Shown: positions 10,200-21,449 of the stretch, one piece after another
Layout of the letters: every line of letters begins with the position of its first letter
How positions within the stretch are numbered: position 1 is the first letter of the stretch
DNA from: Spirogloea muscicola
Taxonomy: Eukaryota
Direction of reading: 5' to 3'
Length of the DNA: 44,770 bases
NCBI GenBank assembly: GCA_009602725.1
Contig: WELB01000018.1
Coordinates: 124,984 to 169,753 of the forward strand
Program-made: the position numbers and the translations under genes
Notes under the pieces: generated by a model
The model's input: the letters and a program-made list of their open reading frames with translations, nothing else
Database searches by the model: none
Told to the model about the DNA's origin: nothing

Positions 10200-12480
10200 A
10201 ACCAAGACCTTGAGATTGTTGAGCTCGCTCTCAGAGTAAGCTCAAGCAAGTGCTGCCAAGGTCATGTATCATATGTACAGATAAATATACACAGATGTAA
10301 AAGGAGAAGCCATGCACATGGTATCCAGAGCGAGATCTGCTGTCCACACTCTCCCCCTGGGTCGGAGCGTCGAGCCCACGCTGCGAGGCCACTCTTCGAT
10401 TTATTGCAATTGATGGCATGTGAGCCGTTGTTGTAGGTTTTCCAGCAGATTTTCTGGCTATAATCCGGCAGGCAGGGTCCATTGCGTGTCACGCCCTGCC
10501 AGTCTGCAAGATGTGCTCATCACTGGTGCACGACGACCTCCTGTCCAGTCTGCATATCAGATCCCTAAACCCTAAACCCTAAATCCTAACCCTAAAACCA
10601 ATGATGTCTTCAAGGACCTGCATGTGCTGAGCAATTATCCAGACAACTATCCAGGTGGACTTGAACGCGTTGGGCTGCCTACTGTGGGCTTACGATACTG
10701 TCCTGCATTCCCGAATTTCCTGTCAAATCAGCTGTGCTTGCTCGTGATGGATTAGTATCACCCTGCCCTTACACCAATGCAATTATAAAGTATATCAATG
10801 AAAAAATGAATTATAAGGGAACAATAGAAATAAATAAATGCCAGACTAATTTCTGTGGTCCATGACAATTTGCTAATGGTTTCTCTCGCTGCTAATAGGG
10901 GGCTTCCGAGGTAACAACCTCTTACAGATGGCTAAGTCCATCAATATGACCTAGTGATGCCGGTTTAGAGACCGTTTGCGCCATCTTTCGCAGCGGACTC
11001 TTCGTGAGCCATTATCAAAGTCACTAGGACATACAAGAGCTTCTTGCTGAGAAGGGGCACCCAGCAAGGTGGAGAAGGAGTATCCTAAAATTGCAGCAAG
11101 GTGGTAACACACTGGCGCCCTTGCAAAATAACTATGCATTATGCTGCGGCCGCACCATGCTGCAGGACTTAAAGCCTTGCAACGCGTGGTGGTGGCTTGT
11201 ATCTAAAAAGGAATCCAGCAATTTCTATATTGCAGTCCCTGTGGGACAGGTATACGCCTAGTTGTTTCATCTCTGTCAAGCGGGCATATCGAGCCACAGC
11301 TTGTAGCAACACGGATTTGGCCTTCAGCACGGAGTTGATGTGTGCTTCTGTACAACCGTATTCTGGCGACATAGTCTGCGGCGTAATTTGGAATCTGTCC
11401 ACAAAAATAAAGCAAGGTAACAAGCAGGAAGTGAATATATAGCGATGGCACAGGCTTCCACAAAAGGCATGCATAGGGCGACAACTGTTCGCCACAGCAT
11501 TGCAAATCATGCGCAAATGGCAGGCAGAAGGCTGTATTGCAAGTGCACCTGCGCAGGATGCCGAAGACACTCTTCGACACCACCTTCACGTCCAGAGCTT
11601 GCTCTAGGCGCGTGAAGTTGGTCTGGCCATCCAAATTCGCCTCGCCAACCAGAAAGCCTGCAGCCTGGAACGTTACTTCCAGGACTGCCACAGCCAATGG
11701 CGCGCTCCGAGCGCGCTTGTACAGGGGATCGTGCCTAGGTTTGACCATGCGGAGGTTGTCGCTCACGGCGATGGTGGGCACGCTAGCGTTCTCGACCACC
11801 AAGCGCATGTAGTGGTTGTTGTAGTCGATGATCACGCTGGGGGTCAACGCATGCGCCGGCGAGAGGAAGAGGCGCAGCGTGCCCTCCGTCAGCACCTTGC
11901 CCAGCTCCACGGCTATGAGCCGCAGAGCGTCGTCAACGAGCTGGATGGGGCAGGTGTCCAGGACCCAGTCCCAGTCTCCACGCTCAAAGTCCACTTCGAG
12001 GCTAAAGACGAGGGCGCCGTCCCCGCCGGCGGCTTCGTCCACACCGATCGTCACGGCGACCCCTGTGGACGCCAGAACGTGGTCGCGGAAGGCCTCCGTG
12101 TGGATGCCGGATGCCAGAGCGGCGCAGCGCAGGATGGTGACGTGCGTGGTAGCCGTGTCGTTCTGAGCGCGGCGGATGCCCAGCACGACGCGCTGGAGGA
12201 GGTGAGCAGCCGCCTGGAAGGCGGGCGCGGGGAGGGCCGGCGGCCGGCGGAGGACCGGCTGCAGCGCCCAGCCCTTCCCGCGGCTCGGTGGGCCTCCCGC
12301 GACGGGACCGCCGCCGCCGGCGGAGGAACGGGGTGTGTTGAGTGGAATGCGGTGAACGGGGCCGTCGCGGGCCCGCGAGGTCGACGCCGAGGCGGAGGCG
12401 GCAGCGGCGGCGGCGGCGGCGGCGGCAGGGGCGGCGGCGACTGGGGAGCGACCGGACTAGGAGGGCCCGAAGGTGTTGAG
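10200..12480 (-). pseudogene. Orphan gene copy A; long GC-rich first exon intact, later exons with stops
   Basis: Minus frame ...AHLLQRVVLGIRRAQND...VFSLEVDFERGDWDWVLDTCPIQLVDDALRLIAVELG...VSKSVFGILRR has host-like GC3 bias, then a GT-AG intron (~11548-11396), then RFQITP...YKPPPRVARL*. Downstream blocks contain several stops. No domain recognised; the 3' limit is uncertain. Confidence 0.6.
10563..10597. repeat. Interstitial plant-type telomeric repeat: (CCCTAAA)3 plus two variant units
   Basis: Sequence ccctaaa ccctaaa ccctaaa tcctaa ccctaaaa; absent at the paralogous site 19186-19200. Confidence 0.9.
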
Positions 12481-12539
12481 AATTGCAAGGGCTGCCTGCC
12501 CTCCAGTGTCTTATGACCCCGGCCCGACCCGCAGGGAAG

Positions 12540-13212
12540 TCACGGGGAGGCTGAGCTGGTCGGCCAGCCCAGCACATAAGCCGCTGACCTGGCAACCAGA
12601 GTGTGGGGCCCATGCCATCCACCCACTCCTAGGTCAAAAGCCCTAGACCTCGTCTACCGCTGTTTGTGATGAGCATTCCAAGGCGCTCCAGCGCAGCTCC
12701 ACACAAAACAGCTAGACCTAGACCATNNNNNNNNNNNNNNNNNNNNNNNNNNNNNNNNNNNNNNNNNNNNNNNNNNNNNNNNNNNNNNNNNNNNNNNNNN
12801 NNNNNNNNNNNNNNNNNNNNNNNNNNNNNNNNNNNNNNNNNNNNNNNNNNNNNNNNNNNNNNNNNNNNNNNNNNNNNNNNNNNNNNNNNNNNNNNNNNNN
12901 NNNNNNNNNNNNNNNNNNNNNNNNNNNNNNNNNNNNNNNNNNNNNNNNNNNNNNNNNNNNNNNNNNNNNNNNNNNNNNNNNNNNNNNNNNNNNNNNNNNN
13001 NNNNGCATACCCATCTGGGCTGGGAGCATATCCTCGCGTCGTGCATATCCCAGACTCGCTATGTTCTCGAGTAGGGTATGGAAGCGAGGACCCAAGCAGC
13101 CGAAAGTGTCGATTGCGGCCGGGAGGAGGTGGTCACTGCGGGGGTAGTCTGAGTAGTGTCGGAGCTTTTTCTGCTCAGCACCTCCCACTGCGTGGCCAGC
13201 AATGTGTGTGGT
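12540..13212 (-). mobile_element. 5'-truncated CRE-like retrotransposon of a divergent subfamily, spanning the assembly gap
   Basis: Minus frame THIAGHAVGGAEQKKLRHYSDYPRSDHLLPAAIDTFGCLGPRFHTLL (13212-13005) has the AE..K..(K/H)Y and P.A.DTFG..G RLE motifs. Beyond the gap a hairpin gctgggctgg-ccga-ccagctcagc (~12550-12573) resembles the family 3' stem. Not present in paralog B. Confidence 0.7.
12727..13004. other. Assembly gap (N run)
   Basis: Run of N. Confidence 1.
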
Positions 13213-13342
13213 GAGGGGGGTGGGGGCCCCCCCGACCCGGCCCGCCACGTGCCGCCGGCGGCTGGAAGCTGCCGCGTGGCGACGCGTCGCTGAGCCCGAT
13301 CGGCCTGGTCGAGGCAGCCCGGGCCCCTTGAAGTCAAGTGCA

Positions 13343-13513
13343 CTCGTAACTACTGAGCGGTCCATCCTCCTCCCGTCCTGCCATAGCATCTTCAGGCCCC
13401 TCGTAGCTGCTAAGCGCTATAGGCCCTCCGTCATATGGCCCCTTCGAACCTTTGTCAACTCTTTCGGGCTGGCTTTTCACAGCCCATGCCCCCATTGAGA
13501 GTGCCACTTCTTC
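13343..13513 (+). mobile_element. ~170-bp retrocopy (TRNY* plus 3'UTR) with 16-bp TSD
   Basis: cttgaagtcaagtgca at 13327-13342 and 13513-13528. Insert begins (a)ct cgt aac tac tga, has the hairpin at 13466-13485 and the tail cacttcttct. The paralogous site near 21861-21885 is empty. Confidence 0.9.
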
Positions 13514-14199
13514 TTGAAGTCAAGTGCAGCAGCAGTGGCAGCTTAGCTACACGTCAGCTTAGGGGCACGGCAGTCAGAGAGCGCGGGCCCCGCCTGGCAC
13601 TGAAAATAACGGTGGCTGGCCATTTGGCATGAGCATGGATGACTGGTTTCGCTTCGAGGTCGTAAGTGCAAGACTCCATAGCCACTGGCTTTTTGAGAGC
13701 CTCCTTCCTTCTGCAACTCCGGCCTTGGGGAGACTCTGCACTCCGCCTTCCCGCATGGGAGCTTGAGCGTAGCTTCTCAAAAGGAGCTTGGAAGCAGGAG
13801 GCCGTAGCGGAGCAGCATCAAGTTTCCGAATTGAAGGGGTATTCTGATGTGCGAGCAGCTATTCTTCCATGCTCTAAGAGGGTAACGAGCATGGACATGT
13901 ACCTATTGTACAGGGCAGATGACCAGTACTCTTAACAAAGAGAAACATGATCCAACAATGTATATCCAAGGGTGAGGAAAGAGGGAACTTTCAGCAACCA
14001 GAGAAGGTGGTGAAATTTCAGAAATTAGTGACATTGGACACTGAAATTGGACTACCAGGATCCTCATGGCCACCCTGACGTGTAGAGTGACCACCAGACT
14101 GGGTGGTACTATTTGCGAAGAGGGCATGCAGTCTGCAAAGAGGAGTCCCGCCGGTCAGATGCAAGAGGCAGCCAGCCCAATTGGGAATAGTTGGGATCT

Positions 14200-15320
14200 C
14201 CTATCCAACCAGCAGTGCTTGCAAGTGATGTATCAGTATCACCCTGCCCTTACACCAATGCAATAAATATACAATATAAGAATCACACCGACTTTATGTA
14301 ATCAAAGGCAATCTGCCAATAGTTTCTCGCGCTGCTAATAGAGGGCTTCCGAGGTGACAACTTCTTACAGATGGCCAAGTCCATGAATGTGACCTAGTGA
14401 TGCCGGTTCAGAGACCATTGCGCCATTTTCCTGCGCAACGGACTCATCATGAGCTATTATCGAACTTCACTCTACTATAAAGCTTCTAGCTGAGAAAAGG
14501 CACCCAGCAAGGTGGGAAGGGGATATTCTACAACTGCAGCACGGTGGCAACATGCTGGCGCCTTTGCAAACCAACTAATCTGTTCACACTATACAGCAAG
14601 GTATCAAGCAGGAAGTGGATACTCTACCAGCAGTGGCACAGGCTTCCACAAAAGGCATGCATAGGGCGATGACTGTTCGCCACAGCATTGCAGCAGATCA
14701 TGCTGGCAGAAGGCTGTAATGCAAGTGCTCCTGCGCAGGATGCCGATCATACTCGTTGACACCACCCTCACGTTTAGAGATTTCTCTATGCGCATGAGAT
14801 TGATTTGGCCCAACTCCTGAACCACGGCATGATCCTCTCTTCAACCGCGCTCGGAGCGCGCCATTGGCTGTGGCAGTGCTGAAAGTGACGTTCCAGGCTG
14901 CAGGCAGCAGGATTGAACGTCGCTTCCAGCACTGCCACAGCCAATGGGGGGCTCCAAGTGCGATTGAAGAGAGAATCGTGCCGTGGTTCAGAAGTTGGGA
15001 TGGCCAGACCAATCTCAAGTGCAAAGAGATGCCTATGCATGCCTTTTGTGGAATGAAAGCCTGTGCCTGTGCCATGGCTGGTAGATTATCCACTTCCTGC
15101 TTGATGCCTTGCTGCATATCGTGAACAGATTCCCAATTACGCCGTCAAATGTATTGACGATCTACGATTCACAGAAAAAGGAATCAACGATATTACAGAA
15201 TTAGACATCAACTCCGTGCTCAAAGCGAAGATGTTCTGATACAGGCTATGGCTGAGTATGCCCACCTGACGTTTTGAAGTGACAAGGCGTGTATCTGACG
15301 GATAGGACTGTAATATACCT
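14200..15320. pseudogene. Rearranged third and fourth fragments of the orphan gene, including an imperfect inverted repeat (14604-15107)
   Basis: 14200-14575 matches 10720-11130 and 19678-20060. 14600-14810 matches 20335-20558. 14821-14905 is the next exon piece inverted. 14905-15320 is the reverse-complement copy, continuing into the RFPITP...DINSVLKAK exon. Confidence 0.8.
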
Positions 15321-15382
15321 TGCACAAGCAGATATCAAAGTTAGTCCAAGCCCTCAGTACCTGCGGTGGGCACTTGAGCCCA

Positions 15383-17006
15383 TCTGGACCCTGCAAGGCA
15401 TTCCAGCTACTCATTGCGACGATCATGGGTAGATGAACAAGGATGAGGGCCTACAATGTGTGGCACAGGACATACATTTGCAGGTGCTACGAAGCTCTGA
15501 AGGAGGCAGACAAGTGGCGTATCTGACAACCTTGATTTCTGACCTTGAACTCCTTGTCAATTGATTCAAGCAGGCCTGCAGCTTCGTGCTGCCCGTGAAA
15601 CACAGTCTGATGCAGCACGGAAGTGTCTCTGCAATGTCAAGCCTCAGACTGGTTGACAATTGGGATCAGGGTGAGAACAACAGCTGTGGCTCAAATAGTG
15701 CAACCATAGCAGTTGTTGCTGGTGTTGGCAACATCACTCATCACATTGTCAGCAACTATAGCATTTGCAAGCATGCAATGAATCGAGGGAGCATGATGTT
15801 GCAGTAATGTGAGACAGAGGGTTTCTAAGTGCATTCGCACATCAGGTCATCAATACATTGCTGTGTGAGACCCATATCTTGAGACAGGTTCTCTCCTCTG
15901 TGACTAACACGAACCGCAGCATAGACTTCCTGGCCACTAAAACACAATTGGTCAGAAGTCGCAATGCAAGAAGTCAGCTATTGAATAATTGTAGTTCTAC
16001 TTCTCAGATGACCGGCAGGGGAGCCAATACTCGCTGCTAGCATACGTTGCAGTGCCTGCCAGCCTGGCGCTCAACTGTAAATGGGCTGCCGTTGACAACG
16101 CCCCCTACACGCACATCTGGCATGGGCGCTGGATTGGTGGACTACTTCTGAAGTTGACAACCCCCTAGTAGAATCTGGTCGAGTGTCAGTGGAACCGGAA
16201 AGGCCCCAGCCGAGCAGCGTGAGTAATCATCGTGAGTCAATTTGGCAAGCGAGTCAAAGTTACACGAAAGAAGGTGACTACAGCGATTGCAAATAATGTT
16301 GCACGTGAAGGATTCTAGGAGTACCTGTCAGTGCCCAAAGGGGGCCATCACAAGATACGTCTTCCCGGCTCCATTGCTGCTTGAGCCACTGATGTCTTTG
16401 TTCATGCCAGTAACAACCCCGACACCCCTGTTGGACACTGGATGCCTCACGACCCCCTTGAAGGGGCCAAATCCTTCCAGCTCGACCATGTCAAGCCTTA
16501 CATGTGCTGACAACTCAATTTAATTTGCATGAAATCAATCTGTATCAGCACAGTGCCTGTGAAGCAATGGCCAAATGCATTACTCTCAGATGTATTCTGG
16601 AAGCACAGATACTATGCATCTGCAGCGCTGATACACTGCTTTCTTTCGGCATTCTTGCAGGAACTAAGATAGGTCTGGACGAAGGCCTTTGATAGCTCAC
16701 ATTGAGGTCTTTGCAGGAGCCTAGCGGGGACGTTGAGGCTCTTCAGAATGTCAAGTCCAGCTTTTGTGGCCCCTTTGCTCATATCAATATGGTCAGCATA
16801 AGCTGAAAACAAGGTGAATGCGTCATGGACCAAGAGCCAATTTAGTGCAGGTTAGCAATAGAGCCGGGAGGACAGAAGCTACTTAAGGAGGCAGCAAGTC
16901 AGGGTCTAGTCTTTGCTCAGCTACAGGAGCAAGGGGCTACATACGCATGTGCAAGCAGAAGGCTTACCAAGTCCTCAGCAACAGCTGTACGAGGGCTTGA
17001 TGCCAC
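15383..17006 (-). pseudogene. Partial duplicate of the Mre11-Rad50 fusion gene (copy of ~5197-6855, introns included)
   Basis: Colinear with the main gene across exons and introns. The Walker A exon has a 1-nt deletion (G6 at 6190-6195 versus G5 at 16340-16344) giving MAPFGH*. It lacks the nuclease core and the C-terminal ATPase half. Confidence 0.9.
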
Positions 17007-17350
17007 ACGCCTTGTTAGGGGGCCTGCCGCCGCAGCTGATGTCTGAGGCCACTCGGACAGCGCCCAGCCGATGAAGAGATCGGGTACACACTTCATCGGT
17101 AGTGGCCCGATGTAGGTACGTCCAAGTGCGTAGACTCTGACCGCCCGACGGCCCAAAGCATGGGACCATTGGATCGGCGCACTGCTCACCGTGAGCAGAT
17201 GCAAGATTGCCCTCCGAGGCGCGACCGCCGGGGCGCAGGCGGGCGAGGCGGCGGGCGTCGCGGCCAGCTGTGCATGCAGGCATGCGGAGAGCAGCGGCGG
17301 CGCGGCAGCGCGGCGGCGCTAGTGAAAGATGGGAGGGCTCTAAGCAAATA

Positions 17351-18052
17351 ACGCCATGTATGGCATCGTCAAGGAGGCGGGATATCAAGTGGCGTTGGAG
17401 AGCACTGGGGTGATGCCCATCCTCCTCCGCAATGGGGTCCCTCGGACGAGGCGTGTCGATCTGGTCGGCGTCCCCCTGGGAGGTGGCAAGCGGCTCCTCA
17501 TTGTCCTCACCGACGTTGTCCTCACCGACAGCTTCCGGACGAAGAGCCCCATTACTTCTGAGACCGGCTACGCTGTGAAGGTAGCCGAGCGAAAGAAGCT
17601 GCACAAGTACAAGGACCACCCGGCGGGTGATACCTTTTACCCCCTGGCCATGGACATCCATGGGTGTTCCGGGGGTCGGTGGTCCTCGTTACTTTCGCTG
17701 CTGGCCTCTTAAGCTGACCAGCGGCGCCGGGAGCAGGGTGCTGCCCTTCCCGGTGGCTCGGTGCCTTTGGGTCTGGTGTCCTGCTACCGTATGCGACTGT
17801 CTATGTCCCTGCAGCGCTCCCAAGCGCTTGCTTTGCACCGCCGCGCTGGTCGCGCCCTTGCAGCAGCCTCTGGCTTGCGCAGCGGGGTTGCTCTTCCTCC
17901 CCTCAGCTCATCTGACTTCCTACTGCTGACACGGGGGTATTGAGGGCGCCCTGTCTGCCTAGCCTTTGGCTCCGTCATGAACACCTGTATGCATCTGGCT
18001 GGCATTTCACAGCCGATTCTTTCATATCAGCAGCCGCTTTTTTTTTTTTTTT
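17351..18052 (+). mobile_element. ~700-bp 5'-truncated CRE-like non-LTR retrotransposon: RLE domain, 3'UTR, T15 tail, 10-bp TSD
   Basis: taagcaaata at 17341-17350 and 18052-18061. One frame, 17351-17943, reads ...VALE...RRVDLVG...LTDVVLTD...AVKVAERKKLHKY...FYPLAMDIHG...(TAA 17710-17712)...YRMRLSMSLQRSQA...TRGY*, which fits the RLE pattern E..R.D..D..K..KY. T run at 18038-18052. Confidence 0.9.
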
Positions 18053-18829
18053 AAGCAAATAGGTGCAATTGCCGGCGTGCGAGGGGGAGAAGGAACAGCT
18101 CTGTCAATGCCACTGGCGGGCCCTGATCAGATCGGATAGGTGCGGTGCGAGACTTGAGAGATCTATTGAATGACCTCAATCAAGCTCTCATTTGCTTTCC
18201 CAGAGAAGGCACCGGGTGGAGCGTCGTCTGGGGCCCACCCTCGCATGCTAGATAACAGCATTTCAGACCGGGATGGGAGAGGGAGGGTTGCAGTTGGAAG
18301 GAAATTGTTCAATTACGCTTCTTTCAGATTCTTGGCACTTCTGGTTTTCCTTATCACATCTGGTTGAAGATTTAGTGAAGATGGGCAGGGACGGCAGCGA
18401 TGACCTCGAATTCAGCGGGCGCCTGGTGGCTGTCAGATCCGGCAGATCCCGACGCGGTGAAAGATGAGGGACCTCTTCAGCTGACACGTGTGCGGTCGAA
18501 TCTGCTGCCTGATCCCTTCTCTGTGTGACGGAAGTTACACAGCGAAGGACGCCGCGCGACATTGGACAAGGCGCAAAGCTGAATAATGAGCGCGCGACGC
18601 TGATGAGGGAGCAATCGGGAATGCCGGTGGAGCACTGTCGGGTAGGTATCGACGTATGGGCAGCCGGACACTAAGCGGAGACCGACGTTGCATGGCGCCA
18701 CTCACAGCAGCCACAGAGCCGCCCCGTCTGCAGACCAAGCCCCATACCTTGCTTACGTTCTGATCCAGTCAGTGGTGCCCCCGCCATCACCGCCCGTGCA
18801 GCCAGCTATCACTGGTAAGGAAGAGAACC

Positions 18830-21449
18830 AAGACTTTGAGATTGTTGAGCTCGCTCTCGGAGTAAGCTCAAGCAAGTGCTGCCAAAGTCATACATCATTT
18901 GTACAGATATATAGGCATAGATGTAATAGAGAAGCCATGCACATGGTATCCACTGCGAGATCTGCTGTCCACACTCTTCCCCTGGGTTGGAGCGTTGAGC
19001 CCACGCTGCGAGGCCACTCTTCGAGTTATTTATTGCAATTGATGGCATGTGTGCCGTTGTTGTAGGTTTTCCAGCAAAGTTTCGGGCTAAATTCCGGCAG
19101 GCAAGGTCCATTGCGTGTCACGCCTTGCTAGTCTGCAAGATGTGCTCATCACTGGTGCACCACGACCTCCTGTCCAGTCTGCATATTAGATCTCAATGAT
19201 GACTTCAAGGACCTGCATGTGCTGCACACCTTCAATCAAGCACTGCCATTTGCTAGTGCCCTGCTATCCGAACAGCGATGCTAGCAATTGCAGTGGACAA
19301 GGTCAACGGAAACTGGATGCTGCCAGGCACTCAAGCAATTATCCAGACAACTATCCAGGAGGACTTGAACGAGTTGGGCTACCTACTGTGGGCCTACGAA
19401 ACTGTCCTGCACTCCGAGACTTCCTGTCCAATGCAGCGGTCCCTTGCTTTCGCGGTTCACCTGCGCGCCGGCCGCGCTTTGGCTGCGGCCTCCGGCTACC
19501 GTCAGGGCGACGTCTTTCCGCCGTCTAGCTATTCAGACTTGCATCTTCTGACTAGAGGTTACTAAAAGTCCCCTTGCTGCTGTTTTAGTAGTTTGCACCC
19601 AGGCTTCTTCTGGCCTTGTCCATTCCTTTTGGGCTGGCCTCTCCCAGCCACCAGTCAATCTGGCCGCGCTTGCTTCTAATCAGCAGTGCTTGCTCGTATT
19701 GGCTCAGTATCACCCTGCCTTTACACCAATTCAAAACAATAAATAAATGAATAAACAAATAACAAAGAACAACAAATACCAGACTAGTTTCTGTGGTCAA
19801 TGGGAAATTGCCGATAGTTTTCTCTCGCTGTTAATAGGGGCCTACCGAGGTAACAACCTCATACAGATGGCCAAGTCCATCAATATGACAATGCCGCTTC
19901 AGAGACCGTTCGCTCCAACTTTCGCAGCGGACTCTTCATGAGCTATTATCAAAGTCACTTCGACATACTAGAGCTTCTTGCTGTGAAGGGGCACCCAGCG
20001 AGAAGAGATATCCTAAAATTGCAGCAAGGTGGCAACATACTGGCGCCCTTGCAAACTAACTCTACAATATGCTGTGGCCATACCGTGCTGCAGGCCTTAG
20101 TGCGATGCCATGCGGGGTGGTGGCTTGTATCTGAAATGCAAGCCAGTGAATTCTATATCACAGTCCCTATCGTCAGATATACGCACAGTCGCTTCAACTC
20201 CGTGAGGCGGGCATACTCTGCCATAGCGTGCAGCAATACATTCTTTGCTGCAAGCACGGACTTGATCTCTGCATCTGTAGAACCGTAAATCATTGTAGGC
20301 CACGGCGTGATTTGGAATCTGTTTGCAATAAACAGCAAGGTGTCAAGCAGGCAGTGGATAAACCACCAGCAACGGCACAGGCTTACACATAAAGCATGCA
20401 TAGGGCAACAACTGTTCGCCACAGCATTGCAGCACATCATGCGCAAATGGCAGGCAGAAGGGTGTGTTGCAAGTGCACCTGCGCAGGATGCCAAATACAT
20501 TCTTCGACACCACCTTCACGTCCAGAGCTTGCTCTAGGCGCGTGAGGTTGGTCTGGCCATCCTTACTCTTCTCTCCAACCAGGAAGCCTGCAGCCTGGAA
20601 CGTCACTTCCAGAACTGCCACAGCCAATGGCGCGCTCCGAGCGCGATTGAAGAGAGGATTGTGCCGTGGTATGACCATGCGCAGGTTGTCGCTCATCACG
20701 ATGATGGGCACACTTTCGTTCGCGACCACCAGACGCATGTAGTGGTTGTTGTAGTCGATGATCACGCTGGGAGTCAATGCATGCGCCGGCGAGAGGCAGG
20801 GGTGCAGCCTGTCCTCCATCAGCACCCTGCCCAACTCCATGGCTATGAGCCGCAGAGCGTCGTCAACAAGCTGGATGGGGCAGGTGTCCAGAACCCAGTT
20901 TCAGTCTCCACGCTCGAAGTCCACTTCGAGGCTAAAGACGAGGGCGCCGTTTCCGCCGGCGGCTTCGTCCACACCGATCGTCACGGCGACCCCTGTGGAC
21001 GCCAGAACGTGGTCGTGGAAGGCCTCCGTGTGGATGCCGGACGCCAGAGCGGCCCGGCGCCAGATAGAGACGTGCGTGGTGGCCGTGTTATTCTGAGCCC
21101 GGCGGATGCCCAGCACGACGCGCTGGAGGAGGTGGGCACCCGCCTCGCAGGCGGGCGCGGGGAGGGCCGGCGGCGGGCGGAAGCGCGGCTGCTGCGCCCA
21201 AGCCGTCCCGCGGCTCGGCGGGCCTCCCATGGCGGAACCGCCGCCGCCGGCGGGGGACTGGAGCGTGTTGTGTGACTGTATTGGTTGAGTGTTTTGTGCG
21301 GAGGGGCCGTCGCAGGCCCGCGAGGTCGACGCCGGAGCTGCGGCGGCGGCGGCGGCGGCGGTGGCGCGCTGCTGGGGTGCAGGCGCCGGCGAGGTGGCGC
21401 ACCACCAGCGCCAGCCGGGACGCGGCCGGAGCGGTCGCCGGCGCTGCAT
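18830..21449 (-). pseudogene. Orphan gene copy B
   Basis: ATG 21449: MQRRRPLRPRPGWRWW...LLQRVVLG...ERGD*NWVLDTCPIQL...VFGILRR. TGA at 20901-20903 replaces the TGG of copy A. Intron ~20477-20319. Later exons have stops. The 3' limit is uncertain. Confidence 0.65.
19433..19677 (+). mobile_element. 245-bp 5'-truncated CRE-like retrocopy
   Basis: Reads QRSLAFAVHLRAGRALAAASGYRQGDVFPPSSYSDLHLLTRGY* (stop 19563-19565), hairpin 19631-19649, tail gcttct. Flanked by aat (19430-19432 and 19678-19680). Empty sites at ~10720-10740 and ~14200-14220. Confidence 0.85.

Larger units (their letters stand above)
9998..14116. repeat. Segmental duplication, copy A (paralog of 18632-22481)
   Basis: Colinear matches by eye: 9998-10560 to 18632-19190; 10600-11560 to 19195-20490; 11560-12420 to 20490-21360; 13225-13330 to 21745-21870; 13530-14116 to 21875-22481. 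The last block includes the 3' end of the EXO84 terminal exon (14028-14116). Confidence 0.9.

Noticed and set aside
10400..20100. In-frame TAA/TAG at apparent Gln positions, shared by orphan copies and at 17710, suggesting TAR-to-Gln recoding
   Set aside because: EXO84 and HSP20 terminate at TAG at plausible C-termini, and long host exons (for example ~425 codons of the U-box exon) have no internal TAR. C-to-T decay before duplication explains the stops.
11731..21275. Long plus-strand ORFs 11731-12516 and 20661-21275 (also 25151-25729 and 43770-44216)
   Set aside because: Antisense shadows of GC3-rich minus-strand exons, with unnatural composition and no motifs.
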